From Bryobacterales bacterium (lineage in GTDB: Bacteria > Acidobacteriota > Terriglobia > Bryobacterales > UBA6623), in the NCBI GenBank assembly GCA_965261065.1, contig OZ253444.1:4710381-4774380 (forward strand): DNA of 64,000 nt. Reading direction: 5' to 3'. The notes below the pieces were generated by a model that had not been told where the DNA came from, did no database searches, and worked only from the letters and a program-made list of their open reading frames with translations. A program made the translations under genes and the position numbers. Of this stretch, positions 8,931 through 20,014 are shown in pieces (the first letter of the stretch is position 1; the number at the start of each line of letters is the position of its first letter).

Positions 8931-10485
8931 ATGCGCGATCTAGAACGTACTCCAGTCCTGTCGCGGGACGAAGTGGTCATAAGTAAGAACGTCCAACGCG
9001 ACCTCCAGAGACTGGCCACCAAGCTCTCGCCCCGCACCCAGACGGTCGAGAGGCGCTGGCGTCGCCGTCTCAAGACCGTGTTCGCCGGCGGGTTGAGTCC
9101 CAGTGGGGCGCGCGCCCTGGCTTCGATCAACCCGGGGTGCGTGGGCGGACCTGTTGGCGGCGGGCAACATCAGCGCTTTCCTTGAGCAGGTCGACTATCA
9201 TGGCCGCCGATTGGCCAAGCTCGATGTGCCGCCCAACAGTGTACTCGAGTCCCTGAAGGAATATGAGGAGGCCTTGGCGCCCGACCTTAAGAGGTTCTTT
9301 CCGGGTAACTACGGCCGATACCTCGCGGCCCTCGATCATCTCAACTTTTGCATCAAGCTCACGCTCAACAGCGCTTACTACCAAGTGCGCGACTCTGAGG
9401 CGCAGGCCTTCTACGAGGTCTTCCAGGACCAACTCCAGTCTTTGAGCGTTGACGACCTGATGGCGCGCGTCCTTGCAACCCTGATGCGCACCTTCCGCGC
9501 GCAAGGAGGGGTGATTCTGCTGCTCGAGGAGGAGTCACGGAGACTGGTCGCAAAAGCCTGGAACGGCATGGAGGAGTCCCTGGCCACGCGGTTCAACGCC
9601 GCTGTGGGCCGCGGGTTTGCCGGCAAAATCGCCGGCAGCGGCAAGCCGCTGGCTGTCACCGACGTCGCCGGCGAGCGGCTGGTACGCTCGGCCGAGATTC
9701 GCGAGGCGTTCCGCAGTATTTGGGGAGTGCCCCTCGTGGTGGATGGCGAGGTTCGAGGCGTGCTTCATCTTGGGTTTTCACGCGAGTACCACTGCCTGCC
9801 GCGCGAGATGACTCTACTCGAGGCGATCGCCGAGCGCTGCGCCATGGCGATTGACAAAGTGCGGCTGCTCGAGGATCTCCACGACCGCGAGGAGAAGATC
9901 CGCCAACTGGGCGAACACATGCTCAAGGTGGAGGAGGAGGAGCGCCGTCGCATCAGCCGTGAACTCCACGACGAGGTGGGCCAATCGATGCTGGTGATCC
10001 GGCTCTACCTCGAGATGCTGCGCGGCAACCTGCCCCCCGAGGCAAAGAACTTGGCTCCGAAGATCGAGGAGACGCAGCAGTTGACCGAGCAGACGATCCA
10101 GGAAATGCGCCGCCTGATTTCGGCGCTCAGCCCGAATGTGCTCGAGAACCTGGGCCTGCCGGCCAGCATCCGGCAGTTCGTCAGCAACTTCCGCCGAACG
10201 TTCGAGGGCGACGTTCGCCTGCAAATGTCCGGGTTGGACGACCTGCCGCAAGGCACCCAGATCATGCTCTACCGGCTGGTGCAGGAGTGCTTCAGCAACA
10301 TCATGAAGCATTCTCGTGCCGGCGCCGTGGCCTTGAGCGTGGGCCGCAAGAACGGCAAGATTCACCTTCAAGTGCGAGACGACGGCGTCGGCTTCGATCT
10401 TTCCGAGGCCGGGCGCAAGCGCGAGTCGTTCGGACTCGCGGGCATGAAGGAGTTGAGTTTTTTAGGAGTGAGTGAGGTTAACCCC
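8931..10485 (+). pseudogene. sensor histidine kinase (N-terminal sensor, GAF, HisKA_3, HATPase_c), frameshifted and 3'-degenerate
   Basis: The GAF-like region (VILLLEEESRRLVAKAWNG..WGVPLVVDGEVRGVLHLGF) is followed by the HisKA_3 H-box ERRRISRELHDEVGQ. The N-box (ECFSNIMKHSRA), G1 (VRDDGVGFD) and G2 (FGLAGMKE) follow. The rest of the ATPase lid and C-terminus and a stop codon are missing. The N-terminal sensor part starts in another frame (ATG 8931, track ORF 8922..9185) and joins near 9130-9140 at cccggggtg. Confidence 0.7.
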
Positions 10486-10756
10486 ATGGCAAGAATTCGC
10501 ATCCTTCCGCAGCCGCATCAAGTCGACCCACCGTCAGCCGCGCTTCGCCACGCTGACCCCGCGCGAGAAAGAGATCCTGAAGTTCCTCGCCGAAGGGCAG
10601 TCGGTCAAGGAGATCGCGCAGCACCTCAACATCAGCGTGAAGACTGTCGAGGCGCACAAGTTCAACTTGATGCGCAAGCTCGACATTCACAACAAGGCGC
10701 AGTTGGTGCAGTACGCGATTCAGAAGAAGATCATCAAGATTCCGATCGGACCCTGA
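10486..10756 (+). pseudogene. NarL/LuxR-type response regulator lacking its receiver domain
   Basis: ATG 10486 has an upstream GGAG/GAGG and encodes MARIRIL, a typical receiver N-terminus. The receiver domain is absent after 7 codons. The LuxR HTH (LTPREKEILKFLAEGQSVKEIAQHLNISVKTVEAHKFNLMRKLDIHNKAQLVQYA) continues in the +1 frame (track ORF 10472..10756). Confidence 0.65.
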
Positions 10757-10914
10757 CGACTGGCGGCGCCCGAGTTCGGGCGCTGACCATCACTGCCGAG
10801 CCGACCCGCCTCCTGGCGTGGCGGCTTCGGCCTGCGCGGCCGGCCGCTAGTCGGGCACGGCCGCCGGACGCTGAACTTCCTTCCAAACCCGTGGGGCCTG
10901 CTCTTGCGGCCGCG

Positions 10915-11361
10915 CTACGCTGTGGTTTCAGCTGGGCTCTCAGCGATGCAGTGCTCTTGGTAGGCCTGCTTGAGAGTCGCCGCAATCTGGTCGGGATCAC
11001 GGCCCTCGATCTCGTGGCGGTGCAGCACGTAGATGGGCTTGCCGTCCTGAAACAGTGCTGCACTGGGCGACGAGGGCGGGTAGTCGGAGAGAATCTCCCG
11101 TACGCGCGCCACCGCTTCGACATCCCCACCCGCAAACACCGTGGCGACCTTGTCCGGACGCACGGCATTTTCGAGCGAACGGATCACGCCAGGGCGGGCC
11201 GATCCCGCGGCGCAGCCACACACCGAGTTCACCACCATTAGCACGGTTCCACTGCCGGGGCGAAGCAAGTCGTCGACGGCCTCGGCCGTACGGGTTTCGA
11301 TGATCTGATGTTGCGTGAGTTCCGCGCGCATCGGCGCGATGAATTGTTCTGGGTAGGTCAA
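10915..11361 (-). CDS. bacilliredoxin-like (YphP/YqiW, DUF1094-type) thiol-disulfide protein
   Basis: 148 aa with the characteristic VNSVCGCAAG (CGC) motif and the size expected for this family. Confidence 0.7.
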   Translation of the reverse strand: MTYPEQFIAPMRAELTQHQIIETRTAEAVDDLLRPGSGTVLMVVNSVCGCAAGSARPGVIRSLENAVRPDKVATVFAGGDVEAVARVREILSDYPPSSPSAALFQDGKPIYVLHRHEIEGRDPDQIAATLKQAYQEHCIAESPAETTA

Positions 11362-11469
11362 GGCGTCTGTCTCCTGTAGCTAGTTTAGCAAGCAACTTGC
11401 ACGCGATCCCGCCGGGAGTAGCATGCGTAGCAAGAGCCACACCCCTGCGCATGCCGGCCCGACATCCAC

Positions 11470-12654
11470 TCAAACACTCAGAGACCACCTCGCCTGCCTT
11501 AGCACGGCGCGCGGCGAACCCTTCATCACCTCGTACCAAACCGTTACCAGCGTTCCATCATCAAGCTGCGCCGTCGAAGGGTACCCGAGGTCACTCCCCA
11601 TCCCGTCGCTCGAGATCGTCACCGGGTCCGACCAAGTCTTGCCGTGGTCCGCGCTCACCCGCGCCAGGTTCCCGAACGGCTCCCGCCGATGCCCGTACGT
11701 CATCAGCAAGCGCCCGTCGAGCAGCCGCGCCAAATGAGACGGCAATCCCCACACCCCGATCGAATGCGGCATTGACCAGGTGCGCCCGCCGTCGCTCGAC
11801 TCGGTCTGCAGCGTCTCCCGCTCGTGGGATTTGTTGTGGTTGCGGATATGGCAGATCAGGTCGCCGTTCGAGGCCTCGCCGATGTGCAACTCGTGGTAAT
11901 CGGTGAAGTCGTCTCCCTCGCGCGTCGGGATCTCGGCGAGCCAGCGCCAAGTCTGGCCGTCATCGTGCGAATCGGCAACACCGATGCGCTTGTTCGTTCG
12001 CCACAGGCGCTTTCCGGCGTAGATCACTCGGCCGTCAGAAAGCTGAATCGGCCCATGAGGGCTGTTGACGGGCACGCGGTACGGGGCGGACCACGTCGCG
12101 CCGCTGTCGGTGGAGCGCTGCATCCAGGTACCCAGCATGTTCTCTCGTTCGGCCGCGGGCGTTCGCCGGTGGGCCGCCTGCCAGCGCTTGAGACCGTCGC
12201 CGGTCCAGTCGGTGAAGCGTCCTTTCGTGCCGGCCTTCGCCTTCGCCATGTAGTCGATGTAGGCGAGCGAGGTGAAGGTGGTCACGAGCAGCGACCCGTG
12301 GGCGGTTTCGCACACGCCGGCGTCACGGTCGTCGATGGCGGTGTCCATCAGCACTTGGGGCCATCCCCAGGTCTTTCCACCGTCTTTGGAGCGCATCATC
12401 TCGACCCACCCGAACGGGCAGACGTGCGACTCGCGGCCACCGGAGCAAACGACCAGCAATTCACCGTCGCCCCTCCGGGCCAGAGTAGGCCAGCCGTGGT
12501 AGAGGTGTGGCCGCATGCTGATCACATCCGTCGAAAGAATGCGCGCCTTCGCGGCGACCGCGCTTCTCGGGCGCAACGCCAGGGCGTAGCCTGCGCTTAC
12601 GATTGCGCCGGTGCGAAGCAGCCTCCGGCGGGGGATTGGTTGCGTGTCGGGCAT
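11470..12654 (-). CDS. BNR/Asp-box repeat sialidase-like glycosidase, Tat-type signal
   Basis: Start re-assigned to ATG 12654 (MPDTQPIPRRRLLRTGAIVSAGYALA, twin-arginine-like). Five Asp-box motifs are present: SKDGGKTW, STDSGATW, SHDDGQTW, SSDGGRTW, SADHGKTW. The upstream 120 codons of the track ORF look non-coding. Confidence 0.8.
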   Translation of the reverse strand: MPDTQPIPRRRLLRTGAIVSAGYALALRPRSAVAAKARILSTDVISMRPHLYHGWPTLARRGDGELLVVCSGGRESHVCPFGWVEMMRSKDGGKTWGWPQVLMDTAIDDRDAGVCETAHGSLLVTTFTSLAYIDYMAKAKAGTKGRFTDWTGDGLKRWQAAHRRTPAAERENMLGTWMQRSTDSGATWSAPYRVPVNSPHGPIQLSDGRVIYAGKRLWRTNKRIGVADSHDDGQTWRWLAEIPTREGDDFTDYHELHIGEASNGDLICHIRNHNKSHERETLQTESSDGGRTWSMPHSIGVWGLPSHLARLLDGRLLMTYGHRREPFGNLARVSADHGKTWSDPVTISSDGMGSDLGYPSTAQLDDGTLVTVWYEVMKGSPRAVLRQARWSLSV

Positions 12655-13045
12655 TGCTGTCCTCTCTGGTTGCAACTGATGAAGCCAATCTATCCTAGCG
12701 CAGGCGCCCAAGACCTTCAGCCGAGCACGGGTTGGGGACAGCGATTTCGCAAAGCGGTCACGGCAGAACCTGAAGGTGATTGATTCGGCGGCGTTTGGGG
12801 TGGGGATGGAGCCGGAGCCCTGTTTTGCACGGCCCTCGACCGCCCGCGCAGGGCTGATTGTGGAGACCGACGACAAGGCTCCGGGCGCCTGCGGGGCAGG
12901 TGCTGGGCCGGCGTGGAGCCTGCGACGAACGGCCCTGGAATCAACTCGAATCCAGCAGCTCCACCACCAACCCGTAGGCCAGTTGGCGTGCCACCGCACC
13001 AAAACCCGGTGCACGCCGACCCTCCCGAGGCCGCACTTGACGGTG

Positions 13046-14131
13046 CTAGAACACTGGCGTCAGCAAGTACGCCAGCAAACGAATCATCGTCAGCACCACC
13101 AGCGCTTGCGGATGGCTCTGGTGCACCGACGGCTGCTTGAGATGGGCCTCGGTCGTCATCGTCTGAAACAGACTCGTCTCGATCGACCAGCGGCTGCGAC
13201 CGATCTGATGGATGAACCAGGGCGGGATGGCCCCCCACTCGATGTTGCTGGCGTAAAAGTCGGTGCTTTCTTTTTGCTCGGCTTGCTTGACCGGTTGCTG
13301 CTCGACGATCGTGACGCGCCGCCGGGTCTGCTTGCGCTTGCACTCGACGACGCCCACCGTCCGGTTCGCCACCGGCCACGCCACGGCCGGCTCATGCCAC
13401 AGCCAGAGTTGCTCCTCGGCGCTATCTTCGCGCAGATCCTCCCCCCGAGCGGTGCGCCGCTCGGCCTCGGCCAACAGCCGGGGCTGGTTGTCTTTGAGGT
13501 TGATCACCCACTCCAGCCCCAACGCTTCCAGGGCCGTGACGAAGGGGGTTTCCAAGTACAGCGCATCGGCCACCAACACGTCGAAAAAACGGCGGCCTAA
13601 GCGTTGCACCAACTCTTCGACCAGCGCCAGCCCGCACGCCACTTCCCCTTCGCCGGGTTTTTGAAAACGCAGGCCCAAGGGAACCGCGAAGCTTGAGCTG
13701 ACCACCGAGACGACGACCACGCGATGGTAGTACTGCGTGCACTCGATGGTTTCGCCGCGAACTTTGCGTTCGACCGTTCGTGCCGAACAGCGCGAGCAGC
13801 AACGGCGATAGGAGCGAGCGATCTCGATGCCGTCGAGCGCGGCGACGACCCGACCGCGGGCCCACGTCGACCCCAACACACCATTCCGTTTCAGCCGCCG
13901 CGCCAGCCGACAGCCCAGCTCGAACAGCGCCGCCGGGTCCTGGCGCTCGAGGGTGTAACGCAGCGCGTCTTCGGAGAGCGGACCGATGCGTTTCCACAGC
14001 GCCCCCTGACGGCATTCGGCCTCGATCGCATGCAGACCGGGCCACTGGCAGGCGCAACCCAAAAACACGGCATCCAAGAGGCGCGACAGGGCAAGGCGCG
14101 GCGCCGAACGTCCGTCGGGCAAAGCCGCCAC
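13046..14131 (-). CDS. DDE transposase (IS4/IS701-like superfamily; exact family not assigned)
   Basis: 361 aa from a GTG, with the frame open further upstream. It has a zinc-ribbon-like CCSRCSARTV and transposase-like blocks (FDVLVADALY, IGRSRWSIETSLFQTMT). It follows the small Cys-motif ORF as in the 43.2-44.9 kb module. Confidence 0.6.
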   Translation of the reverse strand: MAALPDGRSAPRLALSRLLDAVFLGCACQWPGLHAIEAECRQGALWKRIGPLSEDALRYTLERQDPAALFELGCRLARRLKRNGVLGSTWARGRVVAALDGIEIARSYRRCCSRCSARTVERKVRGETIECTQYYHRVVVVSVVSSSFAVPLGLRFQKPGEGEVACGLALVEELVQRLGRRFFDVLVADALYLETPFVTALEALGLEWVINLKDNQPRLLAEAERRTARGEDLREDSAEEQLWLWHEPAVAWPVANRTVGVVECKRKQTRRRVTIVEQQPVKQAEQKESTDFYASNIEWGAIPPWFIHQIGRSRWSIETSLFQTMTTEAHLKQPSVHQSHPQALVVLTMIRLLAYLLTPVF

Positions 14132-14189
14132 GGCGGCACGGAAGTCAAAGACCTTGTCGAGATAGGCCTCGAAGCGGCGGCGGCGCAGG

Positions 14190-14531
14190 CTAGGAGGTCT
14201 CCTTGTCGCGCAGCCAGCGGCGCAGATTCAGTTCGCAGATGCTGTCGGCGATCTGGCGCAAGCGGTGCCGCAGCGAGACGCGGCGACGCACCGACTCGAC
14301 CATCGCGGCGGGAATATGGAAGGTGCGCGGTTTGCCTTCGAAGCGTACCGAGAGCAGGAACTCGTGATGGAGTTGTTGGCCGTCGGCACAACGGCAGGTG
14401 GGCTTGCCGCAGCGGCGGCGGCGTTCGACGAACGAGCCGGGCAGCATCTCCCGCAGGGCGGAGAGGCTGCGCATGAGGCGGCCGCGGCGGGCCAGATCGG
14501 GGTGGGAGGCCAGGGGTTCCTTATCTGCCAC
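14190..14531 (-). CDS. small IS-associated protein with the CGKPxCRC motif (resembles the family I recall as DUF6788; unverified)
   Basis: 113 aa containing RRRCGKPTCRCADGQQLH. A paralogous motif (RRCGKPGCRCAQPDSPPHGP) occurs in the ORF at 44427..44843, which also sits directly upstream of a transposase. Confidence 0.55.
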   Translation of the reverse strand: MADKEPLASHPDLARRGRLMRSLSALREMLPGSFVERRRRCGKPTCRCADGQQLHHEFLLSVRFEGKPRTFHIPAAMVESVRRRVSLRHRLRQIADSICELNLRRWLRDKETS

Positions 14532-14640
14532 TTATTATAGTGGCAGAAAGAGCGAAAGTCAAGCCCGTTGAAAGTTTTGCAAAAATGATCCCGCTAGGGC
14601 GAACCCCGCAAGCTCTACCAAACCAGCCGCTTACCTAGCC

Positions 14641-16335
<1,695 letters not shown>

Positions 16336-16651
16336 AATTACACCATACGGTCCCCACAAGACGTTTGTTTCCTCGTTCTTGGCTGGGACTCAGCTTCCTG
16401 CGTTTCTTGGTCGGCAAGAACGGGAGCGAACCAAGCCCTACCTGCGGTTGAATCCGGCCGTGATGTAGGAGGCAGATCCCGGCCTGTCGGCCAGTGTAAA
16501 GCCAAACGCCACCAGAAGAGCGCGTAACGCGCTACCCGCAGAACTGGCAGCCCGTCCTGCCGGTTCCGGCGGCTGCCCTCCACACCACTCCCCGGGCAAG
16601 AAGTCCAGCCAGCCCTGGAAGAACAAATTGATGAGATAGGATAGCAACAAG

Positions 16652-17522
16652 ATGCCGAAGCCGATCTTAAATGACGAGCAGGTCAATCAGTACAAAGAAG
16701 AGGGATATTGTGTTTACTCCCGGTTCCTGAGCGAGAGCGAACTTGCGGCCTTGCTCCAAGAGACGACCGCGGCATCCGCGGGCGCCAGTTTGGCCCATCA
16801 CGACAGCACCCGCATGGAGATGGAGCCTGCCCAGCCGCCGGAGGGTACCAGGGTGCGGCGGCTCTACGAACCCTGCGAGTATTACGCCCGTTGCCGTGCG
16901 CTGTCAGAATCCGGCAAGCTGCTGGATGTGGTGGAACAATTGCTTGGTCCCAACTTGAGGTTCCACTACAGCAAGCTCAACATGAAACCGCCCGAGATCG
17001 GCTCGGTGGTGGAGTGGCATCAAGACCTCGCCTACTACCCTCTGACGAATCGCGACTCGCTGGCCATTCTGTTTTACCTGGATGACGCGGACGTGACAAA
17101 CGGCTGCCTCAAGGTTCTTCCGGGCATGCACCTGGGGCGCGTCCTCGATCACACTCGCGATGGGTATTTCCAGGGCAGGGTTACCCGAGCCGACTGACGA
17201 ATCCAAAGCGGTAGCGGCGCCGGGCCCTGCCGGCACGGCCATATTCATGAACGGCATGACACCCCACTCTTCGGCGCCGAATAGCTCCGACCGAGCAAGG
17301 CGGACATTGATTCTGAGTTACCGGGCCGCGGATGCCTACCTGATCTACTTTGGCGAGAACACGCCGGTCGCGGAAGCCGTTGCGCGGCATGTACGCGGCG
17401 AACCCTTTCCTCCGGTTCGGTTTTTCGCGGAGCCGATTCCGGTTCCTCGCCAGCGACAGCAGTCCAAGTCGCTTTACGAGTTGCAGGAATCTTCCCGCCG
17501 GCAAGAAAAGGCGGCTTCTTGA
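16652..17522 (+). pseudogene. phytanoyl-CoA dioxygenase (PhyH)-family Fe(II)/2OG oxygenase, frameshifted
   Basis: The N-terminal part (16652..17197) contains WHQDLAYYP. The C-terminal part (17160..17522, +1 frame) contains GTAIFMNGMTPHSSAPNSSDRARRTLILSY. The frames switch near 17185-17195 (gttacccgagcc). Confidence 0.65.
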
Positions 17523-17808
17523 GCGTTGACGGGCGTTCGGCGCCGGGAGCTGCTTTCCTTTAGCGCGCTCCTCTCGCGATGCTTCCGCCATCAACTGTTG
17601 GCAACCCAGTCTTAACTCCTGTACCTGCCAGGATTTGAGGCTCAATTCCGGAGCGAGCAGTCCTGCGGTCGACCGCTCCAGGAGCGATGAACAGTCTCCG
17701 CTGCGCAAACAGGGACTGCCCGCTGGCGGGAAGTCCGCCATCGCGCGCGTCAAGGTAATCGCCTTGTCCCTTGCGCTTTTGGCTGGATCGACAAGAGAGT
17801 GACCGAGC

Positions 17809-17821
17809 GGGGGGGGGGGGG
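17809..17821. repeat. G13 homopolymer (C13 on the minus strand)
   Basis: 13 consecutive G read directly. It lies inside a minus-strand reading frame where it encodes a poly-Pro stretch and shifts the frame. Confidence 0.95.
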
Positions 17822-17941
17822 CAGTGTGAATCGTATTTCGCCCTGGGCGTCCAGGCGATCGGGGATCTCCTGCGACGATTCCGGAAAAACGCGCTCGACA
17901 CGATAAAACTGTGCCGCCTCCAGTCCAACGGTACCATTAAG

Positions 17942-19606
17942 CCCGCATTTTCAATTTGATGTTTGACATCCCGACCTTCCAGCGGCCTTGAGCGTCTTTA
18001 TTCATAGGGGCTAGCGCCCGATGAGGACGCCATGGAGGCCAACACCCAATGGGTGAAAAACAAACCAAGCCATTCCAGCTAAGTTTCAATGGACTTCTCA
18101 AAGTCGATTTCCAGGGATCGCACGTCACTTCCGACGGTGGCCTGATTTTGGTTCGCGAACTGGACGAACGGCTCGGTCTCGGAGAACTGATTGACGAGCA
18201 TCTCAGCGACTCCCGGCAAGGCACAAACAAGCAGTTCACGCTCGCTGATCTGTTGCGGCAGTCGGTTTACAGCCGACTCGCCGGCTACGAGGACCTCAAC
18301 GACGCCGAGCGGGTTTCGATCGATCCGACGTTTCGGCTGATCGGTTCGCAGAAGATCTGGGATCGCGGTGCGGCCTTGACCTCGACGCTGCACGGCTTCG
18401 AGACGGAGATGCTGGCGAGCGAAGAGAACCTGCTGGGGCTGATGGCGCTGAACCGAGAGCTGGTCGGGCAAGCGGAAGCGTTCGACGACGCCGAGCGGGT
18501 CGTTCTGGACCTGGACTCCACCGAGAGTCCGGTCCATGGCCAACAGGAAGGCAGTGCCTACAACGGACACTTCGAGTCGGTCTGCTACCACCCGTTGCTT
18601 TTGTTCAACGGTCATGGTGATTGCCTCGCTGCCAAGCTGCGTCCAGGCAACGTGCACAGCGCCGAGAACTGGGATGAGCTCTTGTTGCCGGAGATCGAGC
18701 GCCAACAGGCTGCGGGCAAGCAGGTCGCCTTCCGGGGCGATGCGGCCTTTGCGAAGCCGGAAGTTTATGAGGCTTCGGAGGAACGCGGAGTACAGTACGC
18801 CATTCGCATTCCGGCCAACAAGAGCTTGGAGCTGGAGATCGAAGACATCCTGTTTCGCCCGCCGGGAAGGCCTTCCCGCAAGCCCTTGGTGCGCTACAAG
18901 AGTTTTCGCTATCAGGCGGAGAGTTGGTCGCAGGCGAGGCGGATCGTCGCTAAGGTCGAGCATCACCAGGGCGAGCTGTTCCCGCGCGTCGGATTCATCG
19001 TGACGAGCATGAGCTTGCCGAGTCGCTCGGTGGTGCGCTTCTACAACAAGCGCGGCACGGCGGAACAGTGGATCAAGGAAGGCAAGCAGGCGACGCACTG
19101 GACGCGATTGTCGTGCCATCGATTTCGGGCCAACGAAGTGCGGTTGCAACTGAGCGTGCTGGCCTACAACCTGGGCAATCTTTGGCGGCGGCTGGGGCTT
19201 CCGCAGCGAATCAAGAGTTGGTCGCTGACGAGCTTGCAACACAGGTTGATGAAGACCGGCGGTCGGCTGGTCAAGCACGCGCGGTATTACTGGCTCTTAT
19301 TGGCGGAGGGACATCTGAACCGGCGGCTGTTCGGCGACATGCTGCACAAGATCTGGGCGCTGCCGCTGCCGAGTGGGTAGCATTGCCGGAGTGAGGATCA
19401 ACAGCTTTTGGCTCCAAAAGGTTTCGCAAGGAGCAGTGTCGGCCGGAGCGCCGTTCAAGCCGCTCAATCAACGACTGTGAGCGGTCGAACCAGCTCTGGC
19501 GACTACCAGCAGAGGTGATGTGCAGGGTTCAGCGTGAAAGGACGTGCTGTTCGGAGCGGAGCGGGTGTATACTGTGGCCGTGCCAGGGCCAAAATGGAAA
19601 TCCTGG
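17942..19606 (+). mobile_element. IS1380-family insertion sequence, copy 1 (1665 bp) with TTAAG target duplication
   Basis: The ends are cccgcattttcaatttg (left) and the inverted ccaggatttccattttg (right), with about 12/17 matching. TTAAG lies at 17937-17941 and 19607-19611. It is near-identical to the copy at 37135-38799. Confidence 0.9.
18049..19380 (+). CDS. IS1380-family DDE transposase
   Basis: 443 aa. The N-terminus is of the type FQGSHVTSDGGLILVRELDERLGL. Also contains VLDLDSTESPVHGQQEGSAYNGHF and RFYNKRGTAEQWIKEGK, typical of IS1380 transposases. Confidence 0.85.
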   Translation: MGEKQTKPFQLSFNGLLKVDFQGSHVTSDGGLILVRELDERLGLGELIDEHLSDSRQGTNKQFTLADLLRQSVYSRLAGYEDLNDAERVSIDPTFRLIGSQKIWDRGAALTSTLHGFETEMLASEENLLGLMALNRELVGQAEAFDDAERVVLDLDSTESPVHGQQEGSAYNGHFESVCYHPLLLFNGHGDCLAAKLRPGNVHSAENWDELLLPEIERQQAAGKQVAFRGDAAFAKPEVYEASEERGVQYAIRIPANKSLELEIEDILFRPPGRPSRKPLVRYKSFRYQAESWSQARRIVAKVEHHQGELFPRVGFIVTSMSLPSRSVVRFYNKRGTAEQWIKEGKQATHWTRLSCHRFRANEVRLQLSVLAYNLGNLWRRLGLPQRIKSWSLTSLQHRLMKTGGRLVKHARYYWLLLAEGHLNRRLFGDMLHKIWALPLPSG

Positions 19607-19611
19607 TTAAG

Positions 19612-19718
19612 TCCGATTCGTCGAGATGCTCTCGGGTCGAGGCGACGTAAGGATCCCACATGTCCATCGCGACGGCCTCGACTCGGGCGAGTTGCTCTGC
19701 GCTCAACGTCTTCCAAAA
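19612..19718 (-). pseudogene. ISL3-family transposase internal fragment (~36 codons)
   Basis: The minus frame reads FWKTLSAEQLARVEAVAMDMWDPYVASTREHLDESD. The VEAVAMDMW.PY block is characteristic of ISL3 transposases. It is cut by IS1380 copy 1 on one side and abuts a GNAT fragment on the other. Confidence 0.5.
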
Positions 19719-19727
19719 GCCGTCCAT

Positions 19728-19961
19728 TGGGGCAAAGGCTACGCAACCGACGCGTCCAAGGCCGTGCTGAAGCGCGCTTTCGAGGTACACAAGCTCGAAC
19801 GGGTGCTGGCCATCACGGACTTTCCAAACAAAGCGTCGATCCGGGTGATGGAGCGGCTGGGAATGCAGTTTGTCGAGCGGTCGATGGCGAGCGGCCCCGA
19901 CACGCTGACCTACGCGATCTCCCGGAAGCAGTTCGCCCAGGCGGGCTCTTACAACGAGTAG
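19728..19961 (+). pseudogene. GNAT N-acetyltransferase, C-terminal fragment only
   Basis: WGKGYATDASKAVLKRAFEVHKLERVLAITDFPNKASIRVMERLGMQFVE matches the acetyl-CoA-binding end of RimJ/RimL-type GNATs. The N-terminal half is absent. Confidence 0.6.
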
Positions 19962-20014
19962 AAGTGTCTGTTGCTCTGGGGACTCAGCCCCTGGAGACAG
20001 TTCCCGGCGCGCCT

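Noticed and set aside
10477-10528. A cluster of restriction sites at the kinase/regulator junction that looks like a cloning scar: HpaI GTTAAC 10477-10482, NcoI CCATGG 10484-10489, EcoRI GAATTC 10493-10498, SalI GTCGAC about 10523.
   Set aside because: CCATGG and GAATTC arise naturally from the start context cccATGgcaAGAATTCgc encoding MARIR. GTCGAC is common at this GC content. There is no vector or marker sequence nearby. It remains an oddity, but there is no positive evidence of engineering.
9103-11241. A 712-aa ORF that could be read as one giant hybrid sensor protein.
   Set aside because: Only the first ~450 aa have kinase motifs. The remainder is low-complexity Arg/Pro-rich read-through, antisense to the bacilliredoxin gene. 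A separate start (MARIRIL) and a LuxR HTH in another frame show it is a composite of damaged genes.
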